Positions 1-10,844 of a stretch of DNA of 42,744 bases are shown here, piece after piece. Where the stretch lies: contig JBNGIO010005894.1 in NCBI GenBank assembly GCA_049999805.1, forward strand, positions 1 through 42,744, written 5' to 3'. The translations under genes were made by a program, and so were the position numbers. The stretch's first letter is position 1. The number at the start of each line of letters is the position of its first letter. The stretch comes from Folioceros fuciformis (taxonomy: Eukaryota). The notes beneath the pieces were generated by a model. It was not told where the DNA came from and did not search any database. It saw only the letters and a program-made list of their open reading frames with translations.

Positions 1-70
1 GAGTAACCAAAGGCCAAAAGGTTGTACTAGCTCGATCGAACATCATTTTCAAAAACTACTTATGTCTCTG

Positions 71-272
71 AAAATGTCATGATTCTGAAAATGTCATGAT
101 GTGGAATAACAAAAAAAAGCCTAACTCCCAAAATATCATGATGTGGAATAACAAAAGGCCTAACTCCCAAAATGTCATGTGGAATACATGAGTCTCAAAA
201 TGTCATGATGTGGAATAACAAAAAGCTTGACTCCCAAAATGTCATGATGTGGAATAACAAAAGGCCTAACTA
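71..272. repeat. Degenerate ~40-bp tandem repeat
   Basis: Unit aaaatgtcatgatgtggaataacaaaa..cctaactccc recurs about 5 times; an isolated further copy lies near 1075-1120. Confidence 0.85.
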
Positions 273-420
273 CCATCGACTCGGTTTTCACCTTGGACTA
301 AGTTCATACCATCCATTTTTATTATGTGCACGATTTAGTCAACAAAGGAGGTGGTGGTGGATATTGCACCAAGGTGCTCAGCCACGCAAAGTTGGCATCG
401 GTAAGCAGCTTTTGCTTGAA

Positions 421-608
421 GGGGAGTGTTAGAGAGATTCAATCCTCTGCTACGTACTCTAGCATGGGGAGTGTTAGAGAGATTCAATCCTGTGCTACTT
501 CCTCTAGTATGGGGAGTGTTAGAGATTTATGTTAGAGATTTAATCCTCTACTACTTAATCTAGTACGGGAAGTGTTAGAGAATCAATCCTTTGCTACTTA
601 TTCTAGCA
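421..608. repeat. ~45-bp tandem repeat
   Basis: ggggagtgttagagagattcaatcctctgctacgtactctagcat starts at 421, 466 and 511, then decays. Confidence 0.85.
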
Positions 609-1597
609 TATTAGAATATATACTAGGATATTGCACTATTGAGGCTAGGGCTTACCTTGTCGTAAGGGCCAAGGGCTATATATGTAGCACCTTGTGCACC
701 ATATTGACTAGTATTGTGGAGCTTACATTACATGTGTGACTAGCCTTGCTATTCATCTAAGCCAATGGTCAAGTGGTGCTACTGTTTGGACATTTTTGTT
801 TGGCTCTTATCAACCTACATACATAGATTACAAAGATAAAATGAATATAAAAATAAAATATATTTAAATAAACTATGTGAACTTCCTATAGAGTGTTATT
901 CTAAGTGGAGTTTGAGCACCATCTCTAATAAAATACGATCATTTTCTTTTTCATTATTGAAAAAGAGTGGAAAGTCCTATCTACTCCGAAGATAGGAGGA
1001 ATAACCAAAGCATGGTCAAAGGCTAGTAAGGAACTAGTAACTTTGTACATCATTTTCGAAAACTATCTATTGCTCCCAAAATGTAATGATGTGGAATAAC
1101 AAAAAAAAAAAAAAAAGGCTACCTAGTATCAAAGAAGCTACTTGACCTGCACTTATTGCTATTCTAAAAATTGCCTTGGCCAAGGCTCTTCACAAAACAA
1201 TGGATACCCATTGTGGAAAGAAGACCCACCATAGAGGTAAGAGGGAGAATACTATTCCTATGACTCTAATAAACCTTAGCGCACTCGTTTGATGAACCTT
1301 GAAAAGTTCTAAAAAAATGCCCGACATGTAAGGGAGAACACTTATGGACTTTAGCGCTTGCACCCTAAACCCTCCACCACCCATAAAGAGGTTGATGGAC
1401 TTTGGCGCTTGCACAACCCTTTACCACCCACAAAGAAGTTGATGATGACATGCTCGCAAATCGAATTCTATTGGGATCCATAACAACTATATGAGTGACA
1501 CAAGGTCGGCTTTAAGAGAACTTGTTGCACAAAGTATTTGGACACTTCCTCTATCACCTTATGATAAGGTGATTGTTAGAAATCGCCTTATGATTGT

Positions 1598-1732
1598 CAC
1601 TTTTCACTGTTATACCTTGCAAATGGCTTTGATATAGACCGTCATTTTTTTTTTGTGTATACCTTGCAAATGGCTTTCATGCATACCGTCATTTTTCACT
1701 GTTATACCTTGCAAATGGCTTTGATGCGGACC
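1598..1732. repeat. Three-copy tandem repeat (~45-50 bp)
   Basis: Core tataccttgcaaatggcttt occurs three times with similar flanks. Confidence 0.8.
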
Positions 1733-1902
1733 ACGTTTGAGAATTACAGCGAACACACTGCTTGCATTTGTATTATGTTTTCGTAGTGAAAAAGGATTTA
1801 CGTCCTTCGGCGATGAATCCTACCCTGGTCTCTCCCTCCTCTCTCTGATATCCAGGCCGATCAGACAGCATACAGAAGCGGCGTGTCGCGGTTGAGGTAG
1901 CT

Positions 1903-2418
1903 ATGGCGTCCGCCATGGCCTCCCTCGCGCTCCCCTCTTCTCTGTCAACTGCGTCATCCCGCCTTGCGCAGCCGCACTCGCAGCAGGTGCAGCAGAGCGT
2001 GTTGGTGGTCAGAAATTTCGCGTCGCCTGAGAGCCCCTGCTCGCGTTCCGCAAGCAAGGATACCCCGTTGCAATTCACATCTAGGAGACAGGCGGCATTG
2101 TCGCTGGCGGGGTTGTCTCTGGCGGTGCTGACGGGGTCTGGCTCCAGGGCGGAGGCAAGCGACGTGCCGCTCTTTGGTCTCAAGAGGAAGCTGGAGGATG
2201 TGGAGAATGCCGTGGAGCAGGCAGTGGTTGCGGAGGTGAAGGAGCTGGTGCGGGAAGGTGAGGAGGAGGCCTCCGCGGTAAGCTCTGCAGTGTCCGGCGC
2301 GTTTGAAGATGGCCTGTCTCCTGCTGTGCAAGCTGGCCTAGTGGCCGGAGCGGAGCTGGTGGCCGTTGTGGCCGCCTCGTCCGTGGTCTCTAGCCTTGTG
2401 AGCCAACCGTCCAAGTAG
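1903..2418 (+). CDS. Chloroplast thylakoid protein, YCF37-like (Arabidopsis At2g23670-like), intronless
   Basis: Ser/Ala-rich transit peptide; twin-Arg (SRRQAAL) plus hydrophobic stretch and AEA cleavage site; DVPLFGLKRKL motif, acidic coil and C-terminal QAGLVAGAELVAVVAASSVV, as recalled for the At2g23670 family. Confidence 0.8.
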   Translation: MASAMASLALPSSLSTASSRLAQPHSQQVQQSVLVVRNFASPESPCSRSASKDTPLQFTSRRQAALSLAGLSLAVLTGSGSRAEASDVPLFGLKRKLEDVENAVEQAVVAEVKELVREGEEEASAVSSAVSGAFEDGLSPAVQAGLVAGAELVAVVAASSVVSSLVSQPSK

Positions 2419-3723
2419 AGCTGAAGAAACCGATGTGCAGAGCGGAGCTGAGGAGCTGCAGAGCAGGTTTCCGTACCTTGCTTAGGCACATCTAGCTAAG
2501 CTTGTGTGCGTGTGAAGCAAATTTCTTGTCGAGTCCTCCTATCTCCGGGACACATTCTTTGTGATAGATGTTTATTGATAATCGCTATCCAGTGTAACAA
2601 AACTTGTTTGATTGTAAAGTGTTTCACAATTCTCCATCGAAATGGAAATGTGAGAGGCCTGGTACATGCTTTCTGATTCTTGTCCCCTGTGTCTTCCTAC
2701 TTTCTATCTCTGTTCGTCCATGTGACTGTGTATTCCATGATGCAATGTGAGAAGAGGATGTCGAGGGGAGGCAAAGGAAGCTGAATGGTTTGCAGTGTTC
2801 ACATCTCTCAAGGCAACGGTTGTAGATCTTCCAAGCTTCGAAGGCAACTTCTGCACCTCAGTATCTTGTGGTTCTGATTGCAGGACACCAGGAAACGAAT
2901 GCCTCTTTTTTCGCCTTCGAGAATCTTGGAAAGCATGGCATCACAATGTTGCACTGTGTTGTCGGTTACCTGCAATACCTGGAATGACGGCAATGGCGGT
3001 TTGAGGCTATCCCCATGTTGGATGTTTGTGATAGACGTCCGTCCACATGTGTCACAAGAGGTTTCAGTTGCCGCTTTGTTAGTGATTCGTCCAGAATTAC
3101 CTCCAGTGAATATTCCCGCCTTTTACAGTTGTCTTAATGTTTGCTTTCATTAAGGAATCAAGAAGGGACCTGTTCAATGATGCGTGAAGGCAACGGGGAT
3201 GAAACTGTATCTCTCTCAGTGCCAACGTGCGAACGGTGGCCTTCCCCCGCCGAGGACTCCAGACGGCCTCAGAGCTCCCGACAAGGTTCAATGCATTGTG
3301 TGTTTCAGATGCTCTAGTGACGCAACTGGTTCTCCACGAATCCAAGCCCAAGTGACCCGGAATCGAGCCCCGTTAATATGCTCGCCTCGATCGCTGAGTC
3401 CGTCGGAAGTATGTAAAGCTGACATTACGCCGGTGTCGATGCTTAGTCGTTTCGTCAGGTGAAATTGTGGGAGTTGGAGGCGGCTTGCCGATGATGGAGC
3501 AAGCGCAGTGCTTGAAGCAATCTCCTGATTTGTTTCTTCATCAACACCGCTACATGATGTTGGTGTGTCGCAACGGATTGATCTAACCTCCGGATCCGTG
3601 GAGTAATCACCCGTACGCGGCACGCTGTGCCTGATTTGATCAGTTGGAGGTCATTTTCCAACGCATGTGCAGCCGTACCAGGAGGACATCAAGCAGGAGG
3701 TTGCTGCAACCATCAATTGATTC

Positions 3724-4286
3724 ATGGCGGGCCAAACGTACAGGTATCCCTTGCCGCGACATGATTCGTGATCCTACATTTTCTGTTGAGGACGTTCACT
3801 CAAAGGCATGGAATATTACACATAACTGCGAGACTGTGGGGTGTGTAGCATGAGGAGAATCTGATCCGTATGCCAAAACTGTTGGCCTCAGCTGATGACC
3901 GTCTACTGTCTTGTGGCAGCTGCCGAGCGTGTGGCACAGCTCTCAATCTGTTCTCCGACTATCTGTTTCCCGAAGGCATGTTCTTCGAGGCTGGAAACAA
4001 AGGCACTCTTTCCTTCTTCCACATTGACGGCAGCAGCTTTCGCAAGGAGGAGGAGAAGAAGTACAAACCCTTTTGGGAAACAAGGAACTACTGGGGAATA
4101 CAGCGCATCAGGACGAAGCTGCTGTGTGCATCTTGTGATGCACTGGTCGGACATATCTACGAGGACGGCCCTCCTCTGAGAGCTGGCCACGGTGTACACC
4201 ATTTTGGTCCGAGCCAAGTGATTCCCAGGCAGCCGCGCTACCGCATGAAGATAAATGCTTTGCTCCAAAAGCCTCCGCTTGATTAG
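3724..4286 (+). CDS. Small Zn-binding Yippee/MsrB-like fold protein (At2g17705-like), paralogue 1; exons 3724-3743 and 3920-4286
   Basis: Exon 1 MAGQTY-AG|GTATCC and acceptor GGCAG|C give YSCRACG. Two CxxC pairs; FEAGNKGTLSF, ETRNYWGIQR, YEDGPP and FGPSQVIPRQPRYR motifs. Confidence 0.9.
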
Positions 4287-5003
4287 AAGGAGAGCTCAAC
4301 CGCACCAGACCTCAGCGCACCAGGCTATGTGTAAGACGCTGGAGGTAACAAGTATGAGCAACTTTAGCTCGGAGATTCTGCCTATTAAACCGACGTATCC
4401 ACACCTGTGTGTCGCTTTCTTGTAGTGTGCACGTTTGGGTCCTGGTAGGAAGTAGAATGACTCGCAGTTGTTTCAGGTCCTTGAAACCGATCCTTGGACC
4501 CATCAGGCCGTCATATCATACGCTCCATTTGAAAGTGGAGAGTATGGTTCAAATTATGAAGCCACAGAGGTAGAAAAACATCCCACCCTTTCCCTAGTCG
4601 AACACATTCTCACTTCACTGAGAGCTCAGAATTTCAATGTCCCGGTTAGCACCAAGCATCCAGTTCCCAAGGCAGCCTTGGAGATCGGAGGCTGTTTTAT
4701 AAGTCTTGCCGAGGACATAAGAAAGCAAGCCAATCTTTGTTTAGTAAATCACTCTTTAACCGTACACACCATAGACGAAAGGCTGGTTTGGTAATCCTAC
4801 AGAGTACGGGCCTGCACAAGTGCATTCTGTCTGGCCTTGTGCAGGCCCCTCACGAGGTGGGGCCATGGCGGGCGCACTGTTGATGAACCTGGAGCCTGAG
4901 GCCGGCAACTACTCGCCCCGCCTCGCCTCGATTTCAGCTCACGAATCGGGCCAGGATGAGATGCCGCAGAATGCAGGTCACGAACCACTCAGCCCTTGCA
5001 CGC

Positions 5004-5222
5004 TCACATGCGTGGCAGAATCCCTCTGCTGGAACTGTACTTGAAAACGTCGGCCAGAGTGGCCGTTGGAGCCCCAGTCCCAGTCCCAGGTCCAGGCTTG
5101 GTGTCGTCATTCGCATGCCCTTTCGGCTGCTGCTTGGGACCGGCGCTTGCTGCCTTGTGAGCGTCATCGGTTGCAGCCACGCGGGAGTGTCCGAAGCACT
5201 GCAGCTTGCCGAATCCCGCCAT
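5004..5222 (-). CDS. Uncharacterised 72-aa microprotein ending ATLADVFKYSSSRGILPRM
   Basis: Shares C-x4-RVA and a 21-aa C-terminal motif with the ORF at 15356-15616, with synonymous codon differences between them. Confidence 0.65.
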   Translation of the reverse strand: MAGFGKLQCFGHSRVAATDDAHKAASAGPKQQPKGHANDDTKPGPGTGTGAPTATLADVFKYSSSRGILPRM

Positions 5223-6551
5223 CGCTATTCGCCGAGCGCTGAATCGGCCCGCAGCTGGCCGGTAACCCGAGAGTCGCGGGATCACAATCCGGGTCTACAC
5301 GGGTGCTCAAATCGCGAATGCAGGCAGACACTGTCCCTGCCCGCTCGCAACGTCGTGAGAAATTGAACCGCACCGGTATCGATTTCCACAAGCAGCGCTG
5401 GCTGCAGTGGACGAAATCGGAAGGAAACAGACCGCAAGCAGGAGCACTTGCAATTGCAACTTCACTCGCAAGCTGCGGGACGGGATGGCAGTGAGCGGAG
5501 AGCAAAACACAGGGCGCTTGCAAGCTTGGATCGAAATGCAGACAGCAGAGGAGATGCTCTGTCGCTGCGGTTCCGACGCTGTTAAAGGAGGCCGGGAGCT
5601 GGGCGAAATGCGTGCGTGCCACGCCACTGCGCAGATTTCAGACACGTACGGAATTGGACACCAGTGTAAGACTAGTGTGCAGCGGGTAGTCTGGTCAATC
5701 CACAGACGACCATCTACTCTCCTTCTCGCTTCTGGATCATCGCTTGCCTCCCAAGCCAGACTCAGACTCCTCGCTTGCTTCTCGGTTCTTGCTTGTTGCC
5801 CAAGGCAGACCCAGGCCCAGACTGCTGCTCATTGGGGCATGAATAAAGTTGACTAGTTGTTGTACCCACCTCCTCCTGACAACGAACAAAGTTGTTCATC
5901 ATGTTTTGTGGACGATAGCTATGGCATACTTGCGTGAAAACACCACACACCACCGCTTTGATGCCTGAAATTGAAAGCCCACAGCGAACTTCCCCGACCA
6001 TAGAGGTCAGGCTCAGGGCCCCTATCCAGAGATGGGGTTCAGGTTCACGACGGGTTGGGGGTTTCAAGATAGGGTTCAGGAAGGGTTGAGTTGAGCCCCT
6101 GACTCTACTAAAATTCTTCTTCTCCTCCAGTTTGAGAAATCCTTCCTCAAGTCGACCTAAAGAGAAGTCGTCTTAATGGATTTCAATAGATTTCTTCGTC
6201 TTCTAGTCTCCTTCGTCGCCACCCCTGTGTGTATTTTTTCTGCTTCCACGACCCTTCCCTTCAGCCCTGCTGTTTACACTTTGTGGTTGCCGCCAAGTTC
6301 TCCGAAAGCTGGACGCTGGATTCCACCGCTTTCGCTGCCATCACCAGCGCGTGCAGGACTGAGGATGCGGTTCGCTCATCGATCGTGAGTGGGGGCATGT
6401 TGGGACGGGACGAGGACACTGAGCTTCTCCGAGTCCTTCCATCTCGGTGCGGGCTCCGGCTCGGACTCCGGCTCGGCGTCGGCATCTCAGTGCGATTTTC
6501 GTGACCGCAGTCCGCCTAATTTGAAGGATTTCCCAGCACCTTGATCTCCGG

Positions 6552-7087
6552 ATGGCGGGGGTGTTGTACAGGTGTATCCTCGTCTCCCTTGCTTCCTTCT
6601 TCGTCTTCCTCATGCTCCCGCCTCGTGTGCGGGCTTCCACGTCTCCAGCGCTAGTGTGGCCAGTGTGTACTCATGTGTTGGCTTGTTGGTACGTGGCAGC
6701 AGTTGCCGGGCGTGTGGAGAATTCTTGGAGCTGGACTCTGAGTACCTGTTTCCCCAGGAGATGGTGTTCGACGCCGGGAACAAAGGCACTCTGTCCTTCT
6801 CCCACGTAGGCGAGAGCACCTTTCGGAAGGTAGAGGAGAAGAAGTTGAAACCCTACTGGGAAACGAGGAACTACTGGGGATTGCAGCGACTAAGGACGAA
6901 GCTACTGTGCGCATCCTGCGGTGCTCTCCTTGGCTACATTTATGACGATGGGCCTCCTCTGACGCCTTCAACCGGTGTCTACCACTTCGGCCCCAGCCAG
7001 GTGGTTCCCAGGCAGCCTCGCTACCGGTTGAAGATTAAAGCTTTGCTGCAACAGCCTCCACTCGGTCACCAACACCACAAGGTATAG
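6552..7087 (+). CDS. Small Zn-binding Yippee/MsrB-like fold protein (At2g17705-like), paralogue 2; exons 6552-6571 and 6703-7087
   Basis: Same 20-nt first exon and phase-2 intron as paralogue 1 (MAGVLY-AG|GTGTAT ... GCAGCAG|T); same CxxC pairs and motifs. Confidence 0.9.
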
Positions 7088-8630
7088 GACTAGGACTACC
7101 CTTACAAGACATATGACGGTATGGTTCCTGTCAACTGGCTCTGCTCCATCCCGTCCCAGGCACACATGCTTGCGGATGTCTTCTAGGTCAATGTTCAGAT
7201 CTCATCTGTAGAGTGCAGTCCCTGGATCTGGGAGAATGTGTTGCACTCCCCTCCCCTGTATCGTCAATCAACAGATTTGTAGCTCCTGTGACTGTTCCTC
7301 TCAAGCAAGAGGGGGAGACTAGCACTTTCCCTGGCACTCGACTCCTGTGCAGAAGTCCGTACGAACTTTTTTCCTTCACATCACTTGCAGTGGGACAGTG
7401 ATACTTGATAAGTGTCTATGTTCTTCTATGCAATCACAACACATCACAGCTGGAGGAGAACTTCCCAAGGCTACCTCATCGTTGATCCAGAGCTCGCTTC
7501 CCGGATTCTTCATATTGTGCAGAGTCCAAAGCCCATAAAGGCTCCTCTACTCCCGATTGGGTACCCAAATTTTGTACTCCTCCTTGCGATTACCAAGAAC
7601 AAGAAGCAAGCGACTGCATGCTGTAAACATACTCTGGTGGATATGGTTGCAAGCCTGCCATCGCCACGGGATCAGGAAGCGATCGTACGCATCCTTATGG
7701 ATGCAAGGGCTTTTGTAAAACTGTTTAACAGAGTTCTTCTTCTTTTGTTCTTTTGTTTCGAGTATGTACTGTATGCTCCTAATCCCGGTGGCCTGGCCAC
7801 ATACATTTGTACATACGTGTGCACTTGATGGTACAAGGTACTGTTCGCGTATCGCCACGTGGATATACAGTACGGGGTCCATGCAGATCCCACGACTGGT
7901 GGAAGGGCGCCACGTGGCTCGTTCCGCTTGTTTTAGACGGCGGCGAGCGGGCGAGACACGCACCAGATTGGAAGCAGCATCGGGTGCATCGGGCGGACGA
8001 ACTTTCGCCCACCCCGGCGTGGGTCCCAGATGCGCCGGTTGCGCCGGAGAGGGTTACCCCAGCGCGGGTTGGCTGGACCGGGGGTCGGTGTTGGGGTTAA
8101 CCACGGGGCAGTCGCGTCGCGGAGCGAGGGGGTCGGAGCGCGGGGGGGGAGAGAGAGTTCGAGAGAGAGTGCTCGGACGGTTGCGATTGGAATTGCGATG
8201 CAGCAAGCTGTGGAGTTCAAAGACAGAGGGCCACGGCCAGAGCGCCACGCGCTCTGTTGCAGCGTCGAGGCGGCCATAGCTGCGACCTTGCCTTCCTCTT
8301 CAACTTCGTCTTGTTCTTCTTTTTCTTCTTCTTCTGCTGCTCCTGGTGCTGCTCCCGCTTGTGTTGGATTCTGCCCTTGTGGCCGCCTTGGTGGTGGTGG
8401 TTGTGGAGTCTGTATCGGCATCGGCGTCTGCACCGTCTGCTTCCCCGGCTGCTGCTGCCGGGCCTGGAAAGGGCGCCGGTTCGGGGGCTGTGTGCGGTGG
8501 ATGCCCATGCCTGCGGGGAACCGTTCGTGGCCCTGACCTCGGTGGCCGGGCTGGCTGAGGCCGGGAAGCCCTGGGCTGGGCATGCTGGTCCCGCCCGCTG
8601 CGAGGGGTTAGGGCCGTCCGCGCAGCCGAG

Positions 8631-10844
8631 ATGAGGCCCCGGGCTTCGTCCGGGGTGTCGCCTAATTGGCTCGCGGTGCTCTGCATCCTGTGCTTCTGCG
8701 GGGGCATGCTTTTCACCACCAGGTGCTGGATGTGAATGTGGAATGGGGGTGGGTCTGGATCTGGGTTGGGAGGGGTGAGGAACTGCGGGAGGAAGAAAGT
8801 AAGAAAGGAAGGAGGACTCATTGGGGTATGGTGTGTGGTGGTGGTGGTGGGTTGGGCAGAATGACTTTCACCCCCGACGATCAGGATGTGATCAGGACGC
8901 AGGGCCTGCGAGGGACTGGGAGGCTGGAATCGCAGATTGTGGCGGAGGAATGCGATCCCAAGCCTGTGAGTGTTGACTCGGGGCCGGGAGCTAGGTGGAA
9001 TCGGGTTGGATGCTGCAATGTGGGGAATGGGGTGGTTTGGTGTTTCGCTTACGAAGGCAGCTTTTCTTGCAGAAGCCTCTTAACTCGGAGACGGGGTCCA
9101 AGGACATTTTGGAAGAGGTGTCGAGGACTCATCTTGCGATTCGGTAAGATCTGGGGTTGGTGCTGCCCCTGTGTGTCGTGAAGGTGCGTTGGCCTGTTCG
9201 GTGGCTGAGAGAGATGTGCTGGTGCTTGAAGAGGGCTTGACAAGACGATTTCTTCACTGGAGATGGAGCTGGCGGCTGCGCGAGCCACTCAGGCTACCAG
9301 TGCTAAGGGGACGCCTGTGCTTGTGAAGCCTATTCATGAGTTTGCGGATAACCAGCCACGGCTAAAGGCATTCGTCGTCATCGGCATCAATACCGCTTTC
9401 AGCAGTCGGAAGAGGAGGGATTCTGTGCGGGAGACGTGGATGCCTCAAGGTACTAGACCTTGTACTGGTTGGCTGATGCGACTGTGCATGTGTGTGGGGC
9501 AACGCGTTTGATGCGCTGTGGTTTGGGCAGGCGAGAAGCTCAAACAGTTGGAGCAGGAGAAGGGGATTGTGATTCGTTTTGTTATCGGGCACAGGTGAGT
9601 TGCCCTTTGCAACTTGTGCTTCCCTTTCGTGGTAAGTCTGCTGCGATACTGCGGTTGGTCGGGTTGTATGACGCCTGCGTGCCATGTGGAGCGCAGTGCG
9701 ACACCAGGTGGCATTCTCGATCGTGCTATCGAGGCTGAGGACGCGCAACATTCAGACTTTCTAAGACTGGTAGGTCTGTCAGGGGGACTCGAAGAACATG
9801 GCTTTTCGTTATCTTCCCTGTCTGGAACTGAACCTGTGACCCCCTGACGACTTGCAGGACCATGTCGAGGGCTACCATGAACTTTCTGCAAAGACGAAGA
9901 TCTACTTTGCCACGGCTGTGTCAAAGTGGGACGCCGATTTTTATGTCAAGGTGGATGATGATGTCCATGTCAATCTAGGTATGTCCCAGGTTCAGCTTCA
10001 CAGTGTCGATTACAGTTAGCGCGAACGACTGTCTGTGCATTGAATACGATTCTACTTTTCTGATTCAGGTACTCTTGGAACAACATTGGCAAGGCATCGC
10101 TCAAAGCCCCGTGTGTACATCGGTTGTATGAAATCTGGTCCCGTTCTGGCGCAAAAGTTAGTATCCTGGCACCTGATGCCTTTGAAATTTTGCGCGTTGG
10201 TTGGCAAGATGCATGTGTGTGAAAGTTTCTTTTTTCACTATGGTTGCAGAGGAGTGAAGTATCATGAACCGGAATTTTGGAAGTTTGGGGAAGAGGGTAA
10301 CAAGTACTTCAGGCATGCAACGGGTCAGATTTATGCCATCTCCAAAGATTTGGCAACGTACATCAGTATTAATCAGTAAGTGCAACTGTGTTTTCTTAGT
10401 TCGAATGATCACTGATTGCTGTTCATGGAGTCCAGAACAAGCTTCTTACGTTTTTGGCTGGTGATTGCAGGCCAATACTGCACAGATACGCGAATGAGGA
10501 TGTTTCGTTAGGGTCCTGGTTCATTGGCTTAGACGTAGAGCATATTGATGACCGGAGCATGTGCTGCGGTACCCCACCAGGTGCTGAAATGACCTGTTGT
10601 CATAGCACACACTTGTTGGTTGTTCAAGGGCCCCTCATTTTATCGTCACCGTGTTTTTCCTACAGGTTTCTGATGTGCCTGCCGCGTGTGTGCAGATTGT
10701 GAGTGGAAAGCCCAAGCTGGCAATATTTGTGTCGCATCCTTCGACTGGACCTGCAGTGGTATCTGCAAATCAGTTGAGAGGATAAAAGATGTGCATCAGC
10801 GTTGTGGGGAAGGAGATGGTGCCGTATGGAGTACTACCTTCTAG
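8631..10844 (+). CDS. GT31 beta-1,3-galactosyltransferase (B3GALT family), about 11 exons
   Basis: N-terminal TM anchor ([17 protein letters not shown]); [85 protein letters not shown] and [17 protein letters not shown]; stop TAG at 10842-10844. Confidence 0.95.

Noticed and set aside
71-608. Repeats and ORFs 172-432 and 326-535 as CRISPR or genes
   Set aside because: Degenerate tandem repeats without spacers; the ORFs just translate the repeat units.
6261-6485. 74-aa minus-strand ORF head-to-head with Yippee-like copy 2
   Set aside because: Its ATG is only ~66 nt from the neighbouring ATG, there is no recognisable motif, and no clear counterpart exists beside copy 1.
7933-8821. Long minus-strand Pro/Gln/Glu-rich ORFs
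   Set aside because: Low-complexity GC-rich sequence antisense to the GT31 leader and first exon, without a canonical ATG context or a domain.
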